NCBI GenBank assembly: GCA_964035575.1
Contig: OZ037838.1
Coordinates: 1,054,001-1,118,000, forward strand
From: Rhynchopus sp. YZ270_cl-10
Taxonomy: Eukaryota
Direction: 5' to 3'
Length of the DNA: 64,000 nt
The position numbers and the translations under genes are program-made. The stretch's first letter is position 1. Each line of letters begins with the position of its first letter. Below are positions 42,676 through 53,547 of this stretch, piece after piece. The notes below the pieces were generated by a model, which was given only the letters and a program-made list of their open reading frames with translations, ran no database searches and was not told the origin of the DNA.

Positions 42676-45405
42676 ATGCAAGTCTCTGCCATGCCAGAGC
42701 GGGTCGTGAAAGATAATCAAAAAAGAAAGTCTACCCATTTTTGTATGGATACCGCGCGAAAACTACGTGCCCTTTGCTATTGCTTACCACTTGTTGTGTT
42801 TACCCTCGGCCTCATGACCGCTGACCTCACCGATGTTAGTCCACAATACGCACGCCATATCACCTCCCACACCCTCACACCCTCACCCTCAGCACCCCCA
42901 CCCACCCTCCCAAATGGGCTATATCCTGCCGACCCTTTGTACGTTTTGAGCCCCACCGACACGTCGCATCTGACGAGCGAGAGCGAGACCATGCGGCTCA
43001 ACGTTCCCATCTATTTTGTGATTTTGATAGCAACCTTGATGAGCACATCGTCGTCCATCGGGGGTGGGCTCATCATCTACCTCGAGTCCCTGCGGTCTTT
43101 GGAGGCGGGGGTACGTACCGCCAGCGCTTCCGAGGTCTTCAGCCTCCAGGAGGCACTGCGCACTGTGGACCGCAAAGTTGTGGAGCAGGTCCTTCTCGTC
43201 AAAAACTTCTTTTTCCTTGCAAACCAGGTTCGTCACAACGACTCTGCGGAGTGGACACGCCAGATGACGGCGCTCTTCTTCGCCCAGGTCAATTCTTCGC
43301 AGACCACTTACTACCTCGCCATGCAACTCTTGCCTTATCAACCCAAGCTCAACGCAACCAACACTGTGTACGTCAGCGTGTGGTCCGACATCCTCTCCAC
43401 TGGCGGACGTCTGATGGTCTACGGTGAGGCAGGCCCACACCGCGGCAAGGTCATCTCTGATACAGGCATGCTCCTGGTTGACTGCTACTCCCTTGCCGCA
43501 TCGGGCGAGGTCTCTGAGTACCTATACCTCTGGGAACAGTACTACACGAGCTATGCGGAGGACGGCGTGACGTACACCGTGGACCCCGCTGCAGACATCA
43601 TGGAGAACGACCCCATCCGTCCACCACCGTACGCCCATGCAGTCAATGTGCCCGGTGCGCATGCAGAGCGCTACGCAGGCCCAAGGTATTGGCACTCCCC
43701 CGACCTCGCGTTGATATATTCGTACCACAACATCGATGCTATGTTCGCACCCCCACCCCCACCGCACCCCTGGGCGCACTACCGTGCTATCCGTATTACG
43801 TACGGCTACCTGTCGGATCTATTCTTGAATATCTTTGAGACGTTCCACAATGATGCTGATACAGAAGTATATCTGGTCAATAGGCGGCCCGGGAAAACGT
43901 ATGGGCGCGTCCTCGCAGCGACGGTGGCAGGGTTCAGTGTGGTGCCTGCGAACTGCCAGGGGGTGGGGATGAAAGGCGATGTGGCGGAGTTGAGTGGGTG
44001 CTACACGAATGTGACGCACCACCTCCCGAAGGAGGTGGGGGAGGCGTTCAGGGCTGTGGACGCTGTGCCGGATACCTTCCTGAAGCATACCTGTGGGGAC
44101 GAGGCGTTCTTTCTGAGGGGTGCGCGTGTGGGTGCAGACCTGTTGTTGGTGTGGATGCGGCCGGTGTCAGTGGTACAGGGGAAGGTGAACGACGCGCTCT
44201 ATCTGCTCCTGGTGTTCGTCCTGCTGGTCCTCCTGTTTGATGCATTCGTCTCGGTGTCGGAGATTGTCTTCATCGCAATCCCGCTCCACTCGCTCGCAGC
44301 GTCCATCACAGCAACAGGCGCATTGAACACAGAGGATGCCAGCGATTTGATTGTCCGCTTCCGCAACAAAGTCATCATGGTGTCCGAGATCCGCTCGCTC
44401 ATGGAAGGCATGGCAGAGACCATCGCAAAGCTGAATGAGTTCCGCACCTTTATTCCGTTGTCCGCGCAAGAAGGCATATCAGACCAGTCGTCCAGCGTGG
44501 AGGCCGAGGAGGTGTCGTCAGAAGATACGGTGTGCTCAGGGAACACAGCGTCTCTGGCGTCTGCAGCATCTATTGCGTCAATGGCGCGCTCGCAGACAAG
44601 CCAGATGGAGGCCTTCAGTTTGAATATGACCCACTTTCGACCGATGGCCGTGCTCGTGTCGAACATTGTGAACTGGCATGAGGAAGTAGGAGGAGACCCC
44701 AGCGACGCCTTCACCACAAAGCAGTCCACTCTCGTCACCGTCATCTGCGCGAGTGTGAAGCGTTTTAAAGGGTCCGTCGACTTTTTCTTTGGGGACCGCT
44801 TTCTGCTCGGGTGGAGCACCGCGAAGAAGCAGTCTGAGTACACCCTGCACTGCGGGGAGTGCGCGCTGAACCTTTCCGATACGTTTACGGTGCTGGGGTA
44901 CCGCTCCTCCTTCGGCTTCTGCGTGGCGCAGGGGCGGGCGGGGAATGCGGGGAACAACCAGGTACGTCGTTTTGCTGTTGTGTCCCCTGCCATTGCGCAG
45001 GCTAACACCTTAGAAAGGTACGGCAAAGCTATGGGCATTGACGTCGTGACGGATGGACGGGCCATATCGAGCCTGCAGAACAACAACTTCGTCTTCAGGG
45101 TGCTGGACGGCATACGCTACCCAAAGGACACCGAGCCCACAGCGCTCATAGCGGTCATGACAAAGCATGCCATCAAGGATGAGGAGTGGATGTACCAGCT
45201 CGCCCAGGTGGGCCAAGACAACCCGCACTGCGAGATGAACCAATACCTCCTCAGCGTCCTGGCAGGGGTCGACGCAAAGCCGAAGTTGCAGCCCCCTACG
45301 GGTCAACCAATCCCTAAACAGTTCCTCCAAGCCCAAGCACAGCGTTTCGAGCCGATTGAGTTGGTTTTCTCCAGAGGTGGTGGGGAAGCGTTGAAGAAGT
45401 CGTAA
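42676..45405 (+). CDS. Receptor-type class III nucleotide cyclase-like protein (degenerate); true start may be 42745 or 42991
   Basis: TM (VPIYFVILIATLM...GGGLIIYL), ~370-aa extracellular region, TM (LYLLLVFVLLVLLF), HAMP-like helix (SEIRSLMEGM), then cyclase-like AVLVSNIVNW, KGSVDFFFGDRFLLGW, AGNAGNNQVRRFAVVSPAIAQANTLE and DEEWMYQL. Confidence 0.8.
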   Translation: MQVSAMPERVVKDNQKRKSTHFCMDTARKLRALCYCLPLVVFTLGLMTADLTDVSPQYARHITSHTLTPSPSAPPPTLPNGLYPADPLYVLSPTDTSHLTSESETMRLNVPIYFVILIATLMSTSSSIGGGLIIYLESLRSLEAGVRTASASEVFSLQEALRTVDRKVVEQVLLVKNFFFLANQVRHNDSAEWTRQMTALFFAQVNSSQTTYYLAMQLLPYQPKLNATNTVYVSVWSDILSTGGRLMVYGEAGPHRGKVISDTGMLLVDCYSLAASGEVSEYLYLWEQYYTSYAEDGVTYTVDPAADIMENDPIRPPPYAHAVNVPGAHAERYAGPRYWHSPDLALIYSYHNIDAMFAPPPPPHPWAHYRAIRITYGYLSDLFLNIFETFHNDADTEVYLVNRRPGKTYGRVLAATVAGFSVVPANCQGVGMKGDVAELSGCYTNVTHHLPKEVGEAFRAVDAVPDTFLKHTCGDEAFFLRGARVGADLLLVWMRPVSVVQGKVNDALYLLLVFVLLVLLFDAFVSVSEIVFIAIPLHSLAASITATGALNTEDASDLIVRFRNKVIMVSEIRSLMEGMAETIAKLNEFRTFIPLSAQEGISDQSSSVEAEEVSSEDTVCSGNTASLASAASIASMARSQTSQMEAFSLNMTHFRPMAVLVSNIVNWHEEVGGDPSDAFTTKQSTLVTVICASVKRFKGSVDFFFGDRFLLGWSTAKKQSEYTLHCGECALNLSDTFTVLGYRSSFGFCVAQGRAGNAGNNQVRRFAVVSPAIAQANTLERYGKAMGIDVVTDGRAISSLQNNNFVFRVLDGIRYPKDTEPTALIAVMTKHAIKDEEWMYQLAQVGQDNPHCEMNQYLLSVLAGVDAKPKLQPPTGQPIPKQFLQAQAQRFEPIELVFSRGGGEALKKS

Positions 45406-46530
45406 GAGGTAAGAGGAGTTCAAACATACAGAAAAAACATTCGACACGCTGTATGAGCTCGACTGAGATTCGTTTTAGCAACGTTTCAACTTCTCTTTTT
45501 TTGCAACGATGAATATAAGCCCCCGATGAAGAATGCGAGGCATACGTTTGTATCAACGCTTTCTCCCTTTTTTTTTTCACCCAACATACCAGACCTGACT
45601 CCCTAACTGTCGTTTCCACGCCACGAGGAGAGGGGGGCGGGTTACTCAGGGGGGATACGGTAGACACACGGAACAGGATGCCTTTCTTTGAGTTTAGCCG
45701 ACTCTAGTATCTTTTCGGTGTGATGTGCATGTTACAAAGCTTTGCATCAAATCCCCTTTTCAAATGCAGTGGCAGGATACCATCTGTAACTGAGCCGTAT
45801 TGTGGAAGCGAACAACAACTTTCATTTTTTTTTTCCCCCCCCCCTTCCCGTTTTTAGCCTTTTGAGCAACAAGCAAAGAGTAACGAGTCTCTCCAGCATT
45901 TTTTTTTTAGCGCACGACGTGGGTTGCGTACCATTCGGAATTAAATATTGTCTCGTGGGTTGCGTACCATTCGGAATTAAATATTGTCTCTTTTTTCTTC
46001 TAATATGCGTTGTTTCTTTTCATTGTCCCTTGGCTCCAATTCGGGGATCGGTTCAATGAAAGCATTTGTGTAGAAAAGTTCTGGGATGTAGGTTTTATTG
46101 TTTCTGATAAACTTTTCTTGTTTTTGCTCCGCTGAAAATAAAGCTCCCAATGTCTTAGGGAATCCCCTTGCATTTTACAGCCTAAAAATGCAACTTGGCC
46201 AAAGCCGCAAAAAGTTGACCATTTTTTTTTTCAAAATGACATCGCCATGAAGAGCGCTAACGCAAAAGGGTTTGTGAGCCCTGGGAGGGTGGTATTATTT
46301 GTTTTGATTTTCATACTGTGGGTGTTATAACGTTATCTATAACGTTAATAACGTTATTAAAAGTGTTATTTTTGTTATTTTTTTTCCTATCTACTTCTAA
46401 GGGCCAGGAGTGGTTCGGAACGTGCCCAAAACCCCCCAAAAAAATTTTTTGGGGGGGTTACAACAAAAAAAATGCCCCAAAAACATGTTTTTTTCATATT
46501 TTAAAAAAATTCCAACAAAAAAAGTGTTAA

Positions 46531-47692
46531 CCCTTTGGGAACTAACCGCCACTGTGGTGGCGGTTATAACAATTTTTCTTAGGAAGACGAGTTAGACATG
46601 ATCTGCTCAATATTTTCGACCAACTCTTGGCATGGTGGAAAGATTTTATGGCCCATCTTTCCAAAGAAGCAAGAATAGAAGATTTTGTAAAAAATGCATT
46701 CGTGTCAGATGGTGGCGCCCCCAAGCCAATTTTCGAAGAAATCAGAAAAAGTGGGTTTTTTAAAATTTTTCCGTTTTAGTGCTCCCACGTGAGTAAGATA
46801 TCTTTAAAATGGTATTTTTCAAAAACTCGGGGTGTCGTGAAAAGATTTCTTGCAAATCTATCCAATAACGCCATTTTCGGGGGGAAAAAAATAGGTGTGG
46901 TATGCAGAAAGCGGAATAAGCAGTTTTTGACAGATCTGTCACAGGCTTTAATTCACCACTCGTCAAAAAATAAATATATTTTTTTTTCTGGAACTGATCT
47001 CGCATTGCTTTGCATTCCGGCAGTTTCGCGCATTTAACGACGCTAAAAGTTTTCAAAAATGGCCAATCTGAAGTCAATTTACTCACTTTCCCCCCTAACA
47101 TACCCTACTTTTTTCCACTTTTCCCTAGTAAAAGTGCCATTTTTAGACATGTTGCCTGAGGCCTCAAAATATGGAAAATTCACCCATACCCCGCCCCAAA
47201 AATGCCCGGAAATGCGTTTCCGGGCCGAAATTTAGGAAAATGTGAAAAAATTGACCCAAAAAATGCACTTTTAATTGTTGTCACACCCCCCTTTACCACC
47301 TTTTCAGGTGACCCAGGCTCTCCAGTATCTAATAAATTTCCAGGATGCCAAAACTGAAATTTTTTTGCTTCTTTGGATTTATTTGATGAAAAATCTTTCA
47401 ATTCCGCCCCTCGACTTTGGTTTTTATGCATGTGGGACCATATTACCCACGTTCTCGGGTGGCCCTCTGTGAGTACCCCTTTTAAGTATGACACCAGGCT
47501 CTCCAGTATCCAATAAATTTCCAGGATGCCAAAAATGATAATTTCTTGCTTCTTTGGATTTATTTGATAAAAAATCTTTCAATTCCGCCCCTCGACTTTG
47601 GTTTTTATGCATGTGGGACCATATTACCCACCTTCCTCTGTGGGGACCCCAATTTTGGGTGTTTAATTCAGCCACCCTTCGGTCCCAAAGGG
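46531..47692. mobile_element. Nested piggyBac-like element
   Basis: TTAA|CCCTTTGGGA ... TCCCAAAGGG|TTAA. Internal duplication with ~180-bp period (47313 and 47494). Confidence 0.82.
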
Positions 47693-50448
47693 TTAATGGA
47701 GTGTTATTTGAGTGTTATTTTCAACATTTTTTTTCACAAAAATGCCAAAAATGCCAGATTTTGCCAACAAAAATACCAAAAATGGCCGAAAGTTACATAT
47801 TTTTACCTCCTACACACCAAAAATCCACCAAAAATGTGTCCCGAGAAAAAATGAGTCCCAAAAATAGCCACTCTCAAAAAAGTTCCTATTTAAAAATTCT
47901 TCCAAAACATAACTTACAATTAGTAGTTTTCATTGACGCGCAATTATTGACGAGCACAAAATCCTGTTACAGACGTGCAATGTGTAACCGCTAAAGACGC
48001 CTCCCTAAAGCGATGGTGGTAGGTGAAGGGGAGGGAGGAGGTGAAAAGTGCAAGGGGGGTCTGGAGGACCCCGGGAGAGCTTGGTCGACGTTCCCGCGTA
48101 ATGCAGGATACATAAAGACGCGTTCCTCCGTCCCAGATGGGTCATCGCTTGCACTTCTTCATTGAACCAACGACCTCCGTTGTTTTGGTCATACCCCGGC
48201 TCGCTGATTTTGAGACCAAATATTTTCCCCAGCAATTTTTACCCACAAAAAATTGGGAATTTTTTATTTTTGCTGCCTGATATGCAGGGCCTTTTCTAAG
48301 TCCATGGGCCCATGGCACCCCTCCGAAAACACACTTTTTTTCTGTACAAATGCCACACGTAAAGAAAATATTTTTTCTGTACAAATGCCACAGGCAAAAT
48401 ATTTTTTCTGGACTTTTGCCACATGGGAGGTGGGGGGTGGGGTGAACAAAGTGACCCCGTCACAGCCAGAACGCGACCCAATTGGTCAAACGCCGAAGGA
48501 AAAGGAAGCATGCAGCATGGCGAAAGGAAAAAAGTAGCGTACCGTGCGCCTGCGGCGCAAGATTGCAAGCCCCCCATGACATAGTTTGGCTGTAAAATGT
48601 GCAATTTTAAGCACAATATTTTGAAATGTTGCGTACCGTGGCTTCGCCAAAACTTTCGTTCAGCAAAATATGGAAGTAACATTTACGGGAACTGACGATA
48701 ATGACCAACGACAGTGCCATTTGATGTCAACATTTTTTTTAGAAATGTTGCGCACCGTGGCTTCGCCAGGAATCAGTTCTGTTTCGTATTTGCGTTAATT
48801 AGTCTTGGTTTCCCATCCCCTCCCTCCCTAGTTCATACGCAAGGGCATCTTCCCTTTCTGTGCACCGCTTAGTGGTGTCCTTACGTCACTTTTGACCATA
48901 CTTTTCTTTTCCTCACCCCCACCCCTTTGCTTTAACTTTGCTTGCACACCCCGACCCACCCGGAGAGGCCTGGGGACGGGATAGTTCACAACCGCCCCTT
49001 CTCCTATTTGACTCATTTTTCCCCTTCTTCAACCCCCACCCCCGAAAAACCCCTCTCAAAAATATGAGGGGAGATGCCCCGCCAACGCACCGACCGGAAA
49101 GCTCGGAATGGGTTTTGAAAATATGCGGGGAGATGCCCCGCCAACGTACCGACCGGAAAGCTCGGAATGGGTTTCCGGGGGTTTTTTACGTGTGGCATTT
49201 GTACAGAAAAAAGTCATTGGCACCTCGGCCAAAATCGGGGTTTTTGGCTCAACTTAGAGCCACCCCTGCTGATATGTTGTGCAGGTCTGGAGTGGAAGCG
49301 TGTAATTACAAATACTTAATTACACAGTTTCCACTCATTTTCCACAGAAAATCCCAGACCTAGACCCATCACAAGAGCTTGCCAAGAGCTTGTAATAATC
49401 TACAAAACTCTAATAATACTCTAATAAATCACTCATCATTGATTTTAGTTTTGTTTTACACCACCCCCATAGTCCACCCTAATTATTATGAAACTCTTAG
49501 TCAGTCACTGCTATAGCCATTTAACCCAGGGAGCATAGCGTGTGCAAGAAATTCGACTTTGGAAACCTTCTGGAAAGTCTGTCCTCTGCTCGCGGAGGAC
49601 TAGGCACAAGAAAATATTGCGTTCCCCCAGAAACCAGTTTTTGTCACAGTAATTTTTGCCCAGGGCATGCTCTTGAAGCATGGCGGCTTGGTGTGAGAAG
49701 GGGCAGTGTGTTGTTTTGTTCGATTTCAACGGTTGTTAGAACGAGTCAAGTGGATGCTTATCTAAACACTGACTTTAGTACAGACCCGAGAGATCACACA
49801 TGACTTTGAGGAAAGAACAAAGCAATGCATCTGTACCCGCACGCCAGGTTGTAGTTACTTCAGAATTTTCTTAAGTTTGCATGAAAGAGAAGGGGGCGAA
49901 ACCTTTGTATACGTTTACGACGAAGGTAGTAGCCTAATGACAACCATGTGGTGGCTGTAATTCACATCCCTTAGAATTACCAGAATTCAGCCTTTGATGA
50001 AGTAACGTGCATACTTGTATGTGCGTGTCACGCTTCTCCACCCTTAAATGGGTGCACATGCACGAAGATTAGTAGGCAAGTGGTAACCCTTCTCGACTAG
50101 TGCAAACTTAAGAATTTTCTGCTGGAACTTACCAAAATCGATTTTCTTTCACCCCAAACACCCGCAACACCCCACCTGCTACTTCGGTAGCCTGTGTTGT
50201 TGGGAGTTGGTTCTCATGTTGATCCCCAGTGTCTTGCACTGCTTCTTCTGAGCCCAACGCTGTTTGGCCTGTCGACGTAATAAATACGAAGACAGGGGGG
50301 CGGTGCCAACAATTTTCCAATGATGTAACGTTTATCTGATTGATTTATCGGTTGATATACCTTGGCAATGCTTGTGTGCTACTTCATGCACACCAAGAAA
50401 GGTATATTGAACGGTACTTTCAAGCGATACTTCGTTATGTCATTGGGG

Positions 50449-50628
50449 GTTATTTTTGTTATTGCGTTATGGTACCCAGGTGCCCAGGCACAGGCACCCA
50501 GGTCCAGGTACCCACGTACACAGGTACCCAGGTACCCAGGTACACCGGCACTGTGTACTGGGTACCTGGGTACCTGGGTACCTGGGTACCTGGGTGCCTG
50601 GGTACCATAACGCAATAACAAAAATAAC
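50449..50628. repeat. ~180-bp near-palindrome built of GGTACCCA units
   Basis: gttatttttgttattgcgttatggtacccagg ... cctgggtaccataacgcaataacaaaaataac. Confidence 0.85.
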
Positions 50629-50723
50629 AGTTATAACGGTGTTATAACGTTATCGATAACGTTATAACACTTTTATTTTTTGTTATAACGTTATTGGATA
50701 ACGTTATAACAAAAATAACGTTA

Positions 50724-51659
50724 GGGTAGATAAACAAATTTATTTGTTTCTTGTCCACCGTACGTACAGAATCTCGAGATTCCCAGAAAAAATGTTTGTT
50801 TTTAAAAATGTTTATTGTGACCTGAGCGGTACTTTAGAGTGTTTTTAGACACACTTGTGACCCCACCGAGGAAAGCAATCGGCTCGCGCAATCAAAAGAA
50901 AGCAGAGAAAAGGGAAAAAATAAAAAGGAAAAAAGTTGGGTACCGTGCGCCTGCGGCGCTACCTGTTCCCAGTCAACAACACAATTTCATCTGAAGTTGG
51001 GTTTGCAGACCTGAAAATGACCCTTGCTTACGAGTATGGGTTCATACTTTGTGAAAATTTAAGTCACTAAAATTTTGCCCATTTTTCCGTATATCCCCCA
51101 CCACAGCCCGGGATTGGCTCGGAAATGCCACAAAACACTGTTATTTCCACCCCTTGATGCACAACTGTTTGAGGTGTGTTTTTTTTTGGTCCCGAAACAC
51201 GATTTTTCAGACTTTCCAAAAGTGGGCACGAAGCCTGCTCCGTAACATTCAGGGCTAAGTGTGAGCTTCCTTCTTGTCAGTGAAGGGATGACCTTCGGGA
51301 CTTAGCGAGGCCAGAAACATCCTCGGAAATGCTGAGCTGAGCGTGCAGAAGATCTGCCACGGAAGCATGCAAGGCGCTATCCGCGCAAAATGTGGAAGCG
51401 TTCTGGGAGCAGTGGCGAACCGCTAAACGTACAAGAACATTATAAAAAACTGAGAACTAACATCGCCGTATCCCCCCCAATGACACCTACCATCAACGAG
51501 GCATGTGAAATCAATGTAGTTGTCTCCCTTCTGCTTGCCCCGCTCCCATGGTAGCGATTTTTTTCCAACATTTTTTCCCAACTAATATTTTTTTCCGTAC
51601 GTACGTACAGAATTTCAAAACGTCTCGGACAAGAAACAATTAAATTTATTTATCTACCC
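50724..51659. mobile_element. Nested TTA-TSD element (PIF/Harbinger- or Zator-like)
   Basis: TTA|GGGTAGATAAACAAATTTATTTGTTTCTTGTCC ... GGACAAGAAACAATTAAATTTATTTATCTACCC|TTA. Confidence 0.85.
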
Positions 51660-52789
51660 TTATAACAAAAATAACGTTATACATAACGTTATAACACCCA
51701 CAGTATGCATTTTGATTTTGAAAAAAAAAAACTGGGTGGTGCCCGGGCACTACCCAATTTAATTTATCGCCAATTTTTTGCGGACTACACTGTACGTTAC
51801 ACCTCTATACGCTTTCTGTTACTGAATTGAAGCTTTCTTTTTTTTGCAGTCAGGGCTGTGATTGCCTAGCAACTTTACCCCCACTTTTTAAAAAAAAAAT
51901 AATTTCATCGAAGAATTGTTGGAATTCAGTGGGGCGCAATATTGCGCCTAACGATGGGTAAATCCAATATTTACCCATGATTAGGTTACCCATAATATTG
52001 TACCCGTAATAAAACTCGTAGTGTGTAGTGTAGTTGCCACCTGTGCACCACTGTCTTTTTATTTTTATTTTGAGTTTCTCTGACGTTTGTCGTTCCCCTC
52101 AAAGGGGGCGCACAATAGTGGTAGAACACAACACTGTAGGAAATGTGGACTTCCGTCCACTTTCTCCCTCCACTTCAGTTGGAAAACTAGTATTTGTTCA
52201 GTTTCAAAAGAATGCAAAAGACGCCTTTCCCTTTTGATACCCTCTTCATCTATTACCCATAGCAGCACACAGCACAGCACCACATACACACGGGGGTAGT
52301 AGGCAGCGTGAGGGGCACAGTATCTCAACGTTATTGTTTTTGGTTGAATATTCGAATAATTGGATTTTGACAAATAAATGGCGGATAAAGAGGACTCCCT
52401 GGAGGCAGAACTGCAGCGATATCGAGAGCTCAAGGTATGGGATTTCCCCCCAAAAAAATAGCGTCTTTTGTTTTGGCACCCGGACTGTGAGGCTACGACC
52501 ATCGCCCTCCTTTCACGTTCTCGCGCTACACCATGCTCAGGCTCGAACTACATCGTGCCAAAATATCGAACTCCGGCTAGGGAAATGACATCATCCCAAC
52601 CAACAAATTTGTGGAAACCCACGCAGCTGATGCTGCGCGATAACGAAGGTGATCAAGGTGAGTAAGAGAGGCTTAGGGTCATCTTATAAACCTTTTTTTG
52701 TTTGGTTGGTACGCACACGTCATACACTCTTCTGCACTCTAATCCACCCCACTTTTGGCGCTGCACCCACTCAGATAGGTGTTGTAAAG

Positions 52790-53347
52790 ATGCCAGCAGA
52801 GAATATCACATTCTCAGTCCACTGACCGCCAAACTCCTCAGTATCAGCCAGTTCATCCATATCTGCACCCTCCACCCCACCCCCCTCTCCACAGACCCGC
52901 CTTCGCTTGAACAAAGAAGAGACAGTTCCTGAAGACCCTCCTACACCAACTGCAGCAGAGCTGAATGCGTACCGCGCTGGGCTGAAGGCTGTCAGGCAGC
53001 GCGACGCTGAGGAGGAGCGTGCTGAGGCTGCGAGGAGAAGCGAGCGACTGGGGGTGTTGCTGGGGCTGGAGGAGGACGGGGTGGGGGTGGCGTGCGAGCA
53101 GGAGTGGCAGGATGCCTGGGGGCAGGTGCAGGCGAACCGTGTGCACATGGCACAGCTGCACGTAGACACCTTAGAGACGGACGAAGAAGAGGGCCGTGTC
53201 GCCCTCGAACTCCAATGGACAAGTGACACCACCTCCACAATCTCCACCCTCCTCTCCCGATGCAACCACGAAGAGCACACCCGAAACTGGTACCAAATAT
53301 GGATGAAGGGTTGGGACCTGAGGAAAAGCAATCTCGAAATGAAATAA
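52790..53347 (+). pseudogene. Small Ser/Pro-rich + coiled-coil protein gene with in-frame TGA at codon 12
   Basis: ATG at 52790 is in frame with ORF 52907-53347: MPAENITFSVH*PPNSSVSASSSISAPSTPPPSPQTRLRLNKEE... Coding-like GC content. Confidence 0.45.
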
Positions 53348-53547
53348 AAAAATCCCTCTTTTTCAGGAGCGGGTTTCTTTTTATTGCAAAAAAATAAACA
53401 AAGCGAAATTTCTGAATAACCACTTTCCCCCCTCAAAAACCCCACAAAAAACCCTTCAGGAAAACAATATATACACCACTCCCCCCTTTCCCCCCTCCGC
53501 ATTTCTTTTCATTCTTTCTTCTGATTTTTTATTAAAACAACAACACA

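Larger units (their letters stand above)
46316..51703. mobile_element. Large composite TA-TSD non-autonomous element with nested insertions
   Basis: TA|CTGTGGGTGTTATAACGTTATCTATAACGTTA ... TAACGTTATACATAACGTTATAACACCCACAG|TA. Subterminal TAACGTTA motifs. Confidence 0.85.

Noticed and set aside
44199..45113. 304-aa minus-strand ORF
   Set aside because: Antisense shadow of the cyclase-like gene.
45918..45989. 36-bp direct duplication
   Set aside because: Simple two-copy local duplication with no further structure.
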